NCBI GenBank assembly: GCA_050298055.1 | Contig: JBNKTL010000020.1 | Span: 22,265-86,264 of the forward strand | Origin: Spirochaetota bacterium | Lineage (GTDB): Bacteria > Spirochaetota > UBA4802 > UBA5550 | Length of the DNA stretch: 64,000 nucleotides | Direction of reading: 5' to 3' | Notes under the pieces: generated by a model | Told to the model about the DNA's origin: nothing | Database searches by the model: none | Seen by the model: only the letters and a program-made list of their open reading frames with translations | Made by a program: the position numbers and the translations under genes | Shown here: positions 39,287 to 48,486 of the stretch, piece by piece | How the letters are laid out: every line of letters starts with the position of its first letter | Position numbering within the stretch: the stretch's first letter is position 1

Positions 39287-42200
39287 AGAGATTGAAAGGA
39301 AGAGAGAAAGAAATCGCGGCCTTTATCGACGAGCTCAGGGACAGCCCGGGAAAGAGCGGCAGGCTTATAAATGGGCTTGTTGAAAAAACAAACCGCCTCT
39401 ATCTGAACTTCCCCTTCATCGGACCGGCCAGGAGGATATCATCTGCTCTCAAGAAAGGCCCCTTTTCATATTTCTATGTTTTCGAAAGAACCCTTGCCCA
39501 CAAACTCCATCCTCTTCTCTACAGGTTTGGGTTCAATATTATCTCCAACAGTGTCATCGATAGCCTCTATGATCAGAAGATGGAATACTATAAACCCCTT
39601 ATGCCTCTGAAAGCCGGTAAAGTCCCCGGCAAAACCGTTGATCTCAAAATGAAAAACCTGGTCATGATGAAGGATCTTATACTGCGGATGGTATTCAAGG
39701 ATGGTCATTTCATGGTCATCAAATACTATGATAACAACTTCAGCAGGCTTGACCGGGAGCTTTCATCTATTCTGAAAAGTATTGAGCTCTCCATGCATAA
39801 TATGAAGAGGGGGCTGACGGATGATAAAAAGAGCAACAGTGAAATGATAGGGAAGAGGTTTAAAATCTTCAGAGAAAACCGGGGAAAGGAAAACGGTCCC
39901 CTCTTTATTGAGAGAATGAAGTGGGATGAAGAGCTGAAGGAATATGCGGATATGCTCGGCGAGCTGAAAGAGGACAGATATGGTGAAAACAGTGACTCTG
40001 ATCTCCGCACAATCGACCTTGAGAGTGGTGAGATTCCCGGTGGTGGTGAGGAAATGAGTGCAGATGAACCTGCCGGTGAAGAGGATGATGATGCCCCAAA
40101 AGACCGGGAGAAGAAGACCGGGATTAACGGTTATGCGGACACCATTAAAGTGACGTACCTTGACACAATCAGTGATGAAGATGCCCGTGCCGTTAAGAAA
40201 ATCCTTGAGACCATATATACCACAAACCGGGAAAAGTCCGGTGAAGCAAAAGCAGAGGAGATCGTAACTGACATAGTCGGGATATGGCTCAATGATGAAT
40301 TAATCAGCGGTGCAAAGAAGGATTTCCTGAGATCTGTACACCGGGAAATGTTCGGCAAGAATGAAGGTGAACCGGATGTTGAGAGGAGACTTGATGCCAT
40401 AAGTGACTTTATGGATAATTTTGAGAAGGAAAATAAAGAACCTGTACCTGAAAATACCCTGTTTCAGAATGAAGATGAATTAAGAGGAGGTGTTCCCCAT
40501 ACTGAAGATAATGATGAACATGAAAGATCTTTCGATGTTGAGGAACCTTTTATAGAAGAGGAGCAAGGGGTTGAGATAAAAGATGATAATGTTCCGGAAT
40601 TGGGTGAGTTCCCCGTATCGGGACCGGGAGAGGTTTCGGAACCGGGTGAGTTCCCCGTATCGGGACCGGGAGAGGTTCCGGAATTGGGTGAGTTCCCCGT
40701 ATCGGGACCGGGAGATGTTTCGGAATTGGATGAGTTCCCCGTATCGGGACCGGGAGATGTTTCGGAATTGGATGAGTTTTCCGTATCGGGACCGGGAGAG
40801 GTTCCGGAATTGGGTGAGTTTTCCGTATCGGGACCGGGAGAGGTTGAGGAGCAGGAAAAACATCTTCTTGAGGGAAGGAACGGCAGTGATACCGGTGATA
40901 TCCGGGAACAGGGAGAGAAGAGATTACAGGAGATAGAGGACCGCCTTGATAAGAGGACCAGGGAGCTTGAAGAGGAGGCCGGTGATATATTAAACGGCAG
41001 TGATGAGGAGAAGAAAACAGCTTTTGTCATAAAGATGCTGGGGAGCGAAACAGGAAGTCAATCCCTCTTTAAAATTCTCCCTGATGCTGAAAGTTCCGGC
41101 GGCGAGAACCTCTTCATTAAAATTGTCCGCAAACTTGAGGAAGGGCCCTTCAGGTATATGACACCTTCGGAAAAAGCCGCTTTTATCCGCAGGCTTATTG
41201 AGGTTTTCAGCGCGGATAAAAAACTCGTATCACAGCTTGAAAACTATAAGAAACTTATTGAAAGTCCTTCTGAGCTCCTGGGAAGCGTTACAAACAACCT
41301 GGAGAGAATAGGGAAAGAGAATCCTGATACCGGGTCAGCCATGGTGAAACAATTGAAGTATCTTGAAGAGGTCCTGAAGAATGAGGAATATGAACCTGTC
41401 TGGTTTACTGTGAAAACACTCTACAAAAATATTATAAAACAAAAAAAGAGCAATGTGATAGAAAATGTTACAGGTGACATGTCCGGGCAGCCGCAGTGGA
41501 AGCAGGCGGTCATTCTGCAATTTCTTAAGAGGTTCTACCGGGGAGACAGCAGGAAACAGGATGAACTGGGAAAGAAACTTGCTTTCCGGGAGCTGCAGTC
41601 ACTCACGGAAAGAATTGAAAATGAAAGGAAGGGGGGAACAGCCGATATTAATGAGATCTTTAAAAAATTCACCGGGGGAAGTGCCGGGATCTCCCAATGG
41701 GCTGAGACCGTTATAAAGGAGCAAAGGAAGAAAAGGCCCGCCGGGGATGATCTTTATGATGAGAAGGAGATGACTCAGGAGGAGAAAATCTACAACAGGG
41801 CTCTCGAGCTGGTCAGGTCCTTCCGTGATAATATGGATGCCCTTGGCCCCATTATCAATGCTCTTGCGGGATTAAACAGGGGGGATTTTCAGTCACAGTT
41901 GATGAATGAATACCGGTCCGGCCTGAAAAAGAGGGAGGTACTTGTTAACAGGACGGTCAATGTTATTAAAACCGGAAAGCCGGACGGGAAACTGGTTGAA
42001 GTACTTCATAAATCACCTCCACTGTTCCAGTATGACTGGAGTGAAAGTGTAAAGAAAAAACTGGGTGCCGGAAGCCTTGAAGAAGCAATTAAACCTGTTG
42101 AAAAAAACAGGGACGCATATAGTGAACTCAACCGCATAGCCATGATAATAAAAACCAATAACAAGAATGATTTTCTCAAAAAGGCAGTTGAGAAGGAGAA

Positions 42201-42789
42201 GAAACTGGTCTCTGATATTGCAGGAGACCTCTCACTTGAAGGACTCAGGAAACTCAAATCCAGGACTGTGAGCATCAGGGACAAGGAGAAGATAAACCTC
42301 TTCAGGGACCTCGTGAAAATCGCAGGGGGGGCTGTTGATTCGACAAAAAACCAATATCAGGCTGTATCTGAGAAAAATGCTGCCGGTGAAGAGAAAAGCA
42401 GAGTTCATAAGAGGGAGGAATCGGAGCAGAAAACCGCAGCGGTGAAAGTGAAAAAAGATAAACCGGAAGAACCGGAAATCCGGAACGGACCGGGTATCAG
42501 GGATATTCTCACTGAGATGAATAACTTTATCAATCTCTGCAAGTCGGAGAGAACCAGAAATATGGCCATAAAGAGCAGTAAGAGACGGGTGACCATTGAC
42601 AGCTTTTTTCAGCACCTGGCATCGGGGGATAAACCCAGTGTGGAAGCAGCAAAGAAAAATACCGATGAATTGATTGAAGTTTTTAAAGGGATCATTAAGC
42701 ACCGGTTTCATAAAGCATTTCCCACTGCGGGACCGGCATTGAAATACTGTCTTGATAACGGACTGATAAAAAGATCGGACCTTACCTGA
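39283..42789 (+). CDS. Large hypothetical protein (1168 aa) with acidic 14-aa tandem repeats
   Basis: Uninterrupted ORF with a GTGA overlap to the GIY-YIG gene; no recognisable domain. Confidence 0.8.
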   Translation: MKRLKGREKEIAAFIDELRDSPGKSGRLINGLVEKTNRLYLNFPFIGPARRISSALKKGPFSYFYVFERTLAHKLHPLLYRFGFNIISNSVIDSLYDQKMEYYKPLMPLKAGKVPGKTVDLKMKNLVMMKDLILRMVFKDGHFMVIKYYDNNFSRLDRELSSILKSIELSMHNMKRGLTDDKKSNSEMIGKRFKIFRENRGKENGPLFIERMKWDEELKEYADMLGELKEDRYGENSDSDLRTIDLESGEIPGGGEEMSADEPAGEEDDDAPKDREKKTGINGYADTIKVTYLDTISDEDARAVKKILETIYTTNREKSGEAKAEEIVTDIVGIWLNDELISGAKKDFLRSVHREMFGKNEGEPDVERRLDAISDFMDNFEKENKEPVPENTLFQNEDELRGGVPHTEDNDEHERSFDVEEPFIEEEQGVEIKDDNVPELGEFPVSGPGEVSEPGEFPVSGPGEVPELGEFPVSGPGDVSELDEFPVSGPGDVSELDEFSVSGPGEVPELGEFSVSGPGEVEEQEKHLLEGRNGSDTGDIREQGEKRLQEIEDRLDKRTRELEEEAGDILNGSDEEKKTAFVIKMLGSETGSQSLFKILPDAESSGGENLFIKIVRKLEEGPFRYMTPSEKAAFIRRLIEVFSADKKLVSQLENYKKLIESPSELLGSVTNNLERIGKENPDTGSAMVKQLKYLEEVLKNEEYEPVWFTVKTLYKNIIKQKKSNVIENVTGDMSGQPQWKQAVILQFLKRFYRGDSRKQDELGKKLAFRELQSLTERIENERKGGTADINEIFKKFTGGSAGISQWAETVIKEQRKKRPAGDDLYDEKEMTQEEKIYNRALELVRSFRDNMDALGPIINALAGLNRGDFQSQLMNEYRSGLKKREVLVNRTVNVIKTGKPDGKLVEVLHKSPPLFQYDWSESVKKKLGAGSLEEAIKPVEKNRDAYSELNRIAMIIKTNNKNDFLKKAVEKEKKLVSDIAGDLSLEGLRKLKSRTVSIRDKEKINLFRDLVKIAGGAVDSTKNQYQAVSEKNAAGEEKSRVHKREESEQKTAAVKVKKDKPEEPEIRNGPGIRDILTEMNNFINLCKSERTRNMAIKSSKRRVTIDSFFQHLASGDKPSVEAAKKNTDELIEVFKGIIKHRFHKAFPTAGPALKYCLDNGLIKRSDLT
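40591..40842 (+). repeat. Coding tandem repeat, 6 x 42 bp (VPELGEFPVSGPGE)
   Basis: Units start at 40591, 40633, 40675, 40717, 40759 and 40801, with no spacers. Confidence 0.95.
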
Positions 42790-42794
42790 ACCTT

Positions 42795-43100
42795 CTATCC
42801 TTTGAAGAGGCTCTTGGCTTTATCCTTCCCGGTGAGATAGAGGTAATCATCATAATCAACAAAGGTCAGTTCGGGGAGCTTCTTCCTTGTCCTTATTACA
42901 ATTTCTGATTTTCCTTTCCCGGCCTCTTTGGATGTTACGTACTTTATCTCCCTGCCGCAGGAAGGACATTTTTCCAGGTCAGTGAGTTCAATCCCGATTG
43001 TTTTACACTTGTGGCAGTGGGCAAACTTATCATCGACCATTATGATGTGCTCTTCAATATCCTTTATATCCATCTCTGTCCATATCCTGATATAATCCAT
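42795..43100 (-). CDS. Small zinc-ribbon protein
   Basis: CHKC...CPSC motif; RBS GAGG. Confidence 0.75.
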   Translation of the reverse strand: MDYIRIWTEMDIKDIEEHIIMVDDKFAHCHKCKTIGIELTDLEKCPSCGREIKYVTSKEAGKGKSEIVIRTRKKLPELTFVDYDDYLYLTGKDKAKSLFKG

Positions 43101-43203
43101 GATTCCTCCTTACATCTTTTTTCTGGAACCATTAATGAGTTCCTTGGAACTAATGACTCATTTTAAACGCTTGCATCAGAATGTAAAATATTTTTTTTGG
43201 TAA

Positions 43204-44250
43204 TTATTCAGACTTATCAGTTATTATGATAGAGTCGGGCAGGAATGAGCTTCTGTCTCTCCCGTTCTCATAATGAAATTCCCTGTATATTTCATGGGGA
43301 TTTCGGGCATAATATCCGTCGATGATCTCTATAATATCATCTATTTTTTCTTTCTGCCTTATGAGAGTAAAAAGATGGTGGGCGAACTTCACGTTTCCTG
43401 AAAAGTAGTAACAGAACCTCAGGCTCCTGCTCTTTTGAAGATTGGGGGGGAGATATTTTTTCAGGGAGAGGAGTGTGCTGATAAAGATTTCTTTCAGGTT
43501 CACCTTCAGGCTGATAGAACCTTCACCATTCAGGATCTTCCTGCAGAGGGTGAAAATCCATGGGGACTTTACCGCTTCCCTCCCTATCATGATTCCGTGA
43601 CATCCATACTTCAACATCTTTGATACACCGGTTTCAGGTTCCGTTATATCTCCGTTACCAATTATCGGGATATCTACATTTTCTCTTATTAATCGTATCA
43701 GGTCCCAGTCGGCCTTTCTCTTGAATGATATTTTCGCGGACCGGGGATGGACGGTAATAAAATCCACTCCTTCGTCTTTCAGCATTTTTACAAAGTCGAG
43801 AAGCCTCTCCTTATTACTGGACGTAAATCCTGTTCGCATCTTAACGGAAAGCCGTGTCTTTACGGCTTTTCTGCAGCTTCGCACTATTTCCCTGGTTCTC
43901 CGGGTATCATTGAGAAGGGCGGCCCCGGAACCTTTTTTGATAATATCCGGCGCAGAACAGCCCATGTTTATATCAATTGAAAAACATCCCCTCTCAGAGA
44001 GAACTCTACAGGCTTCTGACATTCTCTTTTCACAGTTTCCGAGAACCTGGTAAATATAAGGATTGTCAAACTCGTATCTCCCCATCAAAGGCGTGTTGTG
44101 TTCAGCTCCGGAGACAATTGCACCGGCACTGAGCATCTCGGAAAAGGTTATTATTTCGGGGGAAAATAACTTTACCGTTCTCCGCAGGGCAGGGGTTGAG
44201 ACTTCGGCCATTGGTGCCAGAAAAAATGGTGTGGGGAAAGGATCTTTCAT
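43204..44250 (-). CDS. dus: tRNA-dihydrouridine synthase family protein
   Basis: LAPMA, IDINMGC, GSGAALL, TVHPR, GNGDI and GIMIGR motifs; ATG 44250. Confidence 0.92.
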   Translation of the reverse strand: MKDPFPTPFFLAPMAEVSTPALRRTVKLFSPEIITFSEMLSAGAIVSGAEHNTPLMGRYEFDNPYIYQVLGNCEKRMSEACRVLSERGCFSIDINMGCSAPDIIKKGSGAALLNDTRRTREIVRSCRKAVKTRLSVKMRTGFTSSNKERLLDFVKMLKDEGVDFITVHPRSAKISFKRKADWDLIRLIRENVDIPIIGNGDITEPETGVSKMLKYGCHGIMIGREAVKSPWIFTLCRKILNGEGSISLKVNLKEIFISTLLSLKKYLPPNLQKSRSLRFCYYFSGNVKFAHHLFTLIRQKEKIDDIIEIIDGYYARNPHEIYREFHYENGRDRSSFLPDSIIITDKSE

Positions 44251-44251
44251 T

Positions 44252-46522
44252 TTAATTGGGTGAGAGAAGTTCCTCAACTTTGGCCAGGAAAGTTGAGGGT
44301 TCCAGTGGTTTCTGCATGAACTCAAGGTTCTCCTGCTGTATCCCCTTTGCGGAGAGTATGTCGTCGGTATGCCCGCTTATGAAGAGGACCTTGATATCAG
44401 GATTCATTTTCTTGATCTCCCCGTGCACAACCTTCCCGTTTTTGCCCGGCATAACCACATCCAGGATGACAAGATCAATAAGCTCCCTGTTTCCTCTGAA
44501 CATGGATACGGCTTCATCTCCGTCGTTTGCGGTGATGATATAGTACCCCTTCCTCCCAAGGTAGTTTGAAATAAATCTTCTCACGGCCCTGTCATCTTCC
44601 GCTATCAAAATAAATTTTCCCCTTTCAGCAGGGCCTGGTTTTCTTATGGGCATACTTTTGATGTTTGAAACCGGAGCGGCATCACCTTCGGGAATGTAGA
44701 TCATAAAAGTGCTCCCCTCTCCCGTCTTTGTAATTATATCGATATACCCGCTGTGTTGAGAAACGATATTATAAATTATTGATAATCCGAGTCCTGTCCC
44801 CTTTGTGCTTTCCCGGGTGGTAAAGAACGGTTCAAAAATCTTGTTCAGGTTCTCTTCATAAATACCGGTTCCCGTGTCACTGACTATAAGCACCATGTAG
44901 CTTCCGGGAAGAATTGTGGTGCAGTTTCCGTTATAAATATTCCCGGTTCTGAAAGTATCTGTCTTAATGATGAGTCTGCCTCCGTCGGGCATTGAGCTTT
45001 CCGCATTTGTAACCAGGTTGATCAGGATCTGTTCCATCTGGTGTCTGTCTGCATAAACAGCTTTTTCATCATCAATGGTTTCTATGACAAGCTCTATATC
45101 CTCTGAAAGAAGTGTCTTGATAATACTTTTCATATTGGCGATAATATCAAACATGTAGACATTCTCTTTTTTTGTAATCTGTTTTTTCCCGAAAGCCAGA
45201 AGGTTCGAAGTGAGGTTTTTCCCGAGGTTGGCCGCGGTGTTTATCTGCTTTATATATTCTTTGATGTTATCGGTTTTATAGCTTATATCGAGATCAAGGA
45301 GTTCTGTGAAGCCTGTGATTGACGTGAGGATATTATTGAAGTCATGAGCAATCCCTCCTGCGAAAAGACCCAGGGATTCCATTTTCTGTGATCTGAACAG
45401 CTGGTCTTCAAGTTTTTTCTTTTCCGTGATGTCCCTGCTGCTTGACCTTCTTCCGAGGAATTCTCCATCCTGGAAAATAGGGCTGCAGACATGTGAAAGC
45501 CATCGTATTTCTCCGGATTTGGTAACAATCCTGTATTCGATCTCTTCATGTACCGGGGCATTAAAGCTGTCGTGATGGGCGTCATATATTTTCCTGTCCT
45601 CTCGATAGATGATGTCGGTGATAAGCCCCGGTTTTTTTTCAAATTCCTCCTGCTTATACCCGGTGATCCTTTCACAGGATTGTGATATATATTCGAGATT
45701 ACGGTCTTTGTTGATCCAGGATTCAAAATCGTAAGCAAAATCTGAAACTATCATGAACTTTCTTTCATTCTCTGAGAGATCATCCTGATATTTTTTTATT
45801 CCCCTTGAAAAAACAACCAGCAGGCCCATGCCAAAAAACCAGATCAAGAGGTGCGTAATAATAATTGTCCCGCTATTCGATCTCTGTATCAGGTAATAGG
45901 GCTTCATGGGGACTGCGATACTCATTCCACCCCGGATGTCTCCGACGTCGTATCCCTGGTAACCGTGGCATTTTAAACATCTTTTTTCAGTGATATATGG
46001 TGTTAACAGCCTGAGATAGGGTTCACCCTTGATATCCGTAATCTCATAGACTTCCGGGACCCCTTTTTCAAAGAGTGATATCCCCCTGGATTCCCATTCA
46101 TCTGCCTGGTTATTCGGACTGAGCGGATCATCGCTTACTGTCCTGTTTATTGTGGCCAGGGGTGTTTGTTTCTTTAAAAGGGCGTATACCTGTTTTGTCA
46201 TCTGGAACGGGTTTACAAGAGTCAGGAGAGTCCCGTCCGTGGTTTTTATATTTCTCTGTATCCCTTCTGCGAGGTAGCTGTTTTCTTTGTTGTATCCGGA
46301 TATCCTGGCATATACTCCTCCCGTAAATGCATTCCATCTTCTGTATGCCAGATTATGCTGTGAAATTGTCCTGGCTTCAATAAGGGCTTTCTCGACAGTA
46401 CTTTTTCTGTTTTTCTCAAGGTTCCAGAGAATTGAAAATAACAGGAGCAGGGTCCATACAATCATGTATGTACGGGAATGGTTTTGAAACCAGATCTTTT
46501 TTATGATGTTCCTGAGATGCAT
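44252..46522 (-). CDS. Hybrid histidine kinase: periplasmic heme-c (DUF3365-like) sensor, PAS, HisKA/HATPase, REC
   Basis: CLKCH...GDIRGG, AGGIAHDFNNIL, FEPFFTT, GTGLGL and C-terminal LDVVMP motifs. Confidence 0.92.
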   Translation of the reverse strand: MHLRNIIKKIWFQNHSRTYMIVWTLLLLFSILWNLEKNRKSTVEKALIEARTISQHNLAYRRWNAFTGGVYARISGYNKENSYLAEGIQRNIKTTDGTLLTLVNPFQMTKQVYALLKKQTPLATINRTVSDDPLSPNNQADEWESRGISLFEKGVPEVYEITDIKGEPYLRLLTPYITEKRCLKCHGYQGYDVGDIRGGMSIAVPMKPYYLIQRSNSGTIIITHLLIWFFGMGLLVVFSRGIKKYQDDLSENERKFMIVSDFAYDFESWINKDRNLEYISQSCERITGYKQEEFEKKPGLITDIIYREDRKIYDAHHDSFNAPVHEEIEYRIVTKSGEIRWLSHVCSPIFQDGEFLGRRSSSRDITEKKKLEDQLFRSQKMESLGLFAGGIAHDFNNILTSITGFTELLDLDISYKTDNIKEYIKQINTAANLGKNLTSNLLAFGKKQITKKENVYMFDIIANMKSIIKTLLSEDIELVIETIDDEKAVYADRHQMEQILINLVTNAESSMPDGGRLIIKTDTFRTGNIYNGNCTTILPGSYMVLIVSDTGTGIYEENLNKIFEPFFTTRESTKGTGLGLSIIYNIVSQHSGYIDIITKTGEGSTFMIYIPEGDAAPVSNIKSMPIRKPGPAERGKFILIAEDDRAVRRFISNYLGRKGYYIITANDGDEAVSMFRGNRELIDLVILDVVMPGKNGKVVHGEIKKMNPDIKVLFISGHTDDILSAKGIQQENLEFMQKPLEPSTFLAKVEELLSPN

Positions 46523-46878
46523 TTTTTATAACGTATACTCAATTTGTTTTCACTTGGCCATCATGTGTCAAGTAAATCTCTCCTGAATAGTTCCAGAAAA
46601 ATGTATAAATTGGATATCAGATTAAGAAGAATCTAACTATAAATATGAAAAAATATCTGTTTAAAATCAAAAAAAAATGCCATTTCCCGGGATCGGTTAA
46701 TGTATTTTTTATTTTTTGTTTATTATGGTCATAATGATGAGTTACAATTTATTTATCATTTGTGGATAAGTTGTAATTTATGTCTATCTATTTTGTCCCA
46801 AAAGTTGAATATTTACATATCCTTGAGCCGTTACCCTCTCTTTTATATTTGCTTGACAATTGGAATAATAGAATAATC

Positions 46879-47018
46879 GTAACTACTCAACTATGTATAA
46901 GAATAATCATATTCACTAAAAAAGATAACTGATATGTCCCCGCCGCCTTCGGCGGCGGGGACATATTGTTGATATTTTAGCAAATAAGTTTATTATAGCC
47001 ATATAGCTGAGTAGTTAC
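46879..47018 (+). mobile_element. MITE-like palindromic element, copy 7 (most intact, 140 bp)
   Basis: TIRs GTAACTACTCAACTAT / ATAGCTGAGTAGTTAC and a perfect 16-bp central stem. Exact 8-bp duplication GAATAATC at 46871-46878 and 47019-47026. Confidence 0.95.
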
Positions 47019-47051
47019 GAATAATCCTGAATAAATATTTGGAAGGTTATT

Positions 47052-48371
47052 GTGGAATTAAAACGTCAGATTGGCCTTGTCACTGCTGTCTTTATTATTA
47101 TTGCCGATGTTATCGGGACCGGAATATTCATGACCACGGGAAATGTCCTGGGTATGACGGGAAATGCCGGGTCAGTCATTCTCCTCTGGGGTATAGGCGG
47201 TCTTGTGGCCCTCACAGGGTCCCTCTGTTATGCTGAACTTGCTTCAATATGGCCCCAGAGCGGCGGAGAATATATATACCTGAGAAATATCTACGGTTAC
47301 CTGCCGTCGTTTTTGACGGGCTGGATTTCTCTCGTTGTGGGATTTACGGCTTCAGCGGCAATATCCGCCATGCTTGTGGTTATCTACCTCAATGAATTCA
47401 TGCAGGGAGGTATACTGGCCGGAATATGGACACAGAAAATTGTTGCTTCCCTGATTGTGGTTTTTTTCGCGGCAGTCCATATTGTTGGAGTCCGGAGAGG
47501 AAGTATCATCCAGAATCTCCTGACAATACTTAAAATTCTGCTGGTTTTAGCGCTCATTGCTTTTGGGTTTTATGCGGCAGACTGGGGAAGTGCCGGGAGG
47601 CTTACGGCAGTTTATGAGAGCGCCGGGGACAAATCAATCATTGAGTATGGAAGCGCCCTCCTGGTAATAATGTACGCGTATTCAGGATGGAACGGAACAA
47701 GCTATATAGCCGGAGAGATAAAAGACCCGGCCCGGAACCTTCCCCGTGCATTGTTTTTCGGAGTACTGATCGTCGGGGTCATCTACATGCTTCTCAATAT
47801 TGTCTACCTTATTTCTTCACCGGGTCCGGAACTCATGGGCAAAGACGCAGTAGGTGCAATCGCGGCCAGGAACCTCTTCGGGGAAGGGATCTCTCCCGTC
47901 TTCACCCTGGGAATTGCGCTTATTCTCCTCTCATCTGTTTCGGTACAGATCATGGTGGGTCCCCGGGTCTATCATGCCATGGCAGGTGACGGTCTTATCT
48001 TCAGGTTCCTTGACAGGGTCAATTCCAAATATCATACACCCCATACGGCCATAATCATCCAGGCCGGGATCACCATACTCTACGTCTTCCTGGGTATGGG
48101 AAATGTTATATCGCTTCTTATCTACCTGGGATTCGCCCTTGGGATTTTTCCCCTTATGGCTGTAATTGGCCTGATCATTGTGAGAGTGAAACATCCGGAA
48201 CTTTCAACGGGATACAGGGTACCCCTCTTTCCCCTGGTTCCTCTTATCTATATACTCCTCACGGCAGGTATGATGATTACATCTCTTCTTACATCATATA
48301 AAACCGTGCTCACAGCCCTTGGTGTGGTATTTCTCGGAATTGCGGTCTATACCGTGTGGAAAAGGAAGTAA
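47052..48371 (+). CDS. APC family amino acid permease
   Basis: IGTGIF, YAEL...P.SGGEY.Y and YSGWN....AGEIKDP motifs; about 12 TM. Confidence 0.95.
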   Translation: MELKRQIGLVTAVFIIIADVIGTGIFMTTGNVLGMTGNAGSVILLWGIGGLVALTGSLCYAELASIWPQSGGEYIYLRNIYGYLPSFLTGWISLVVGFTASAAISAMLVVIYLNEFMQGGILAGIWTQKIVASLIVVFFAAVHIVGVRRGSIIQNLLTILKILLVLALIAFGFYAADWGSAGRLTAVYESAGDKSIIEYGSALLVIMYAYSGWNGTSYIAGEIKDPARNLPRALFFGVLIVGVIYMLLNIVYLISSPGPELMGKDAVGAIAARNLFGEGISPVFTLGIALILLSSVSVQIMVGPRVYHAMAGDGLIFRFLDRVNSKYHTPHTAIIIQAGITILYVFLGMGNVISLLIYLGFALGIFPLMAVIGLIIVRVKHPELSTGYRVPLFPLVPLIYILLTAGMMITSLLTSYKTVLTALGVVFLGIAVYTVWKRK

Positions 48372-48412
48372 GGGTCTATTTGGGATGAATAAAAAAAGTG
48401 TTTAATTTCAAT

Positions 48413-48437
48413 GTCATTCCCGCGAAAGCGGGAATCT
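48413..48437. repeat. dRS3-type palindrome (ATTCCC-N8-GGGAAT)
   Basis: GTCATTCCCGCGAAAGCGGGAATCT between convergent genes. Confidence 0.75.
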
Positions 48438-48486
48438 ATAATCTGCAATAAAATGACACATTTATAAAATATTTTCAAAAAATCAG

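Noticed and set aside
40591..40842. Regular 42-bp repeats as a CRISPR array
   Set aside because: The units are head-to-tail with no unique spacers, lie in frame inside a CDS, and no cas genes are present.
46761..46769. DnaA box (TGTGGATAA) suggesting an origin
   Set aside because: A single 9-mer is expected by chance in 64 kb; there is no cluster and no dnaA.
46879..47018. The 140-bp palindromic elements as integron attC sites (AAC...GTT ends)
   Set aside because: The ends do not fit RYYYAAC/GTTRRRY. Copies are dispersed in both orientations beside housekeeping genes, an 8-bp duplication is present, and there is no integrase.
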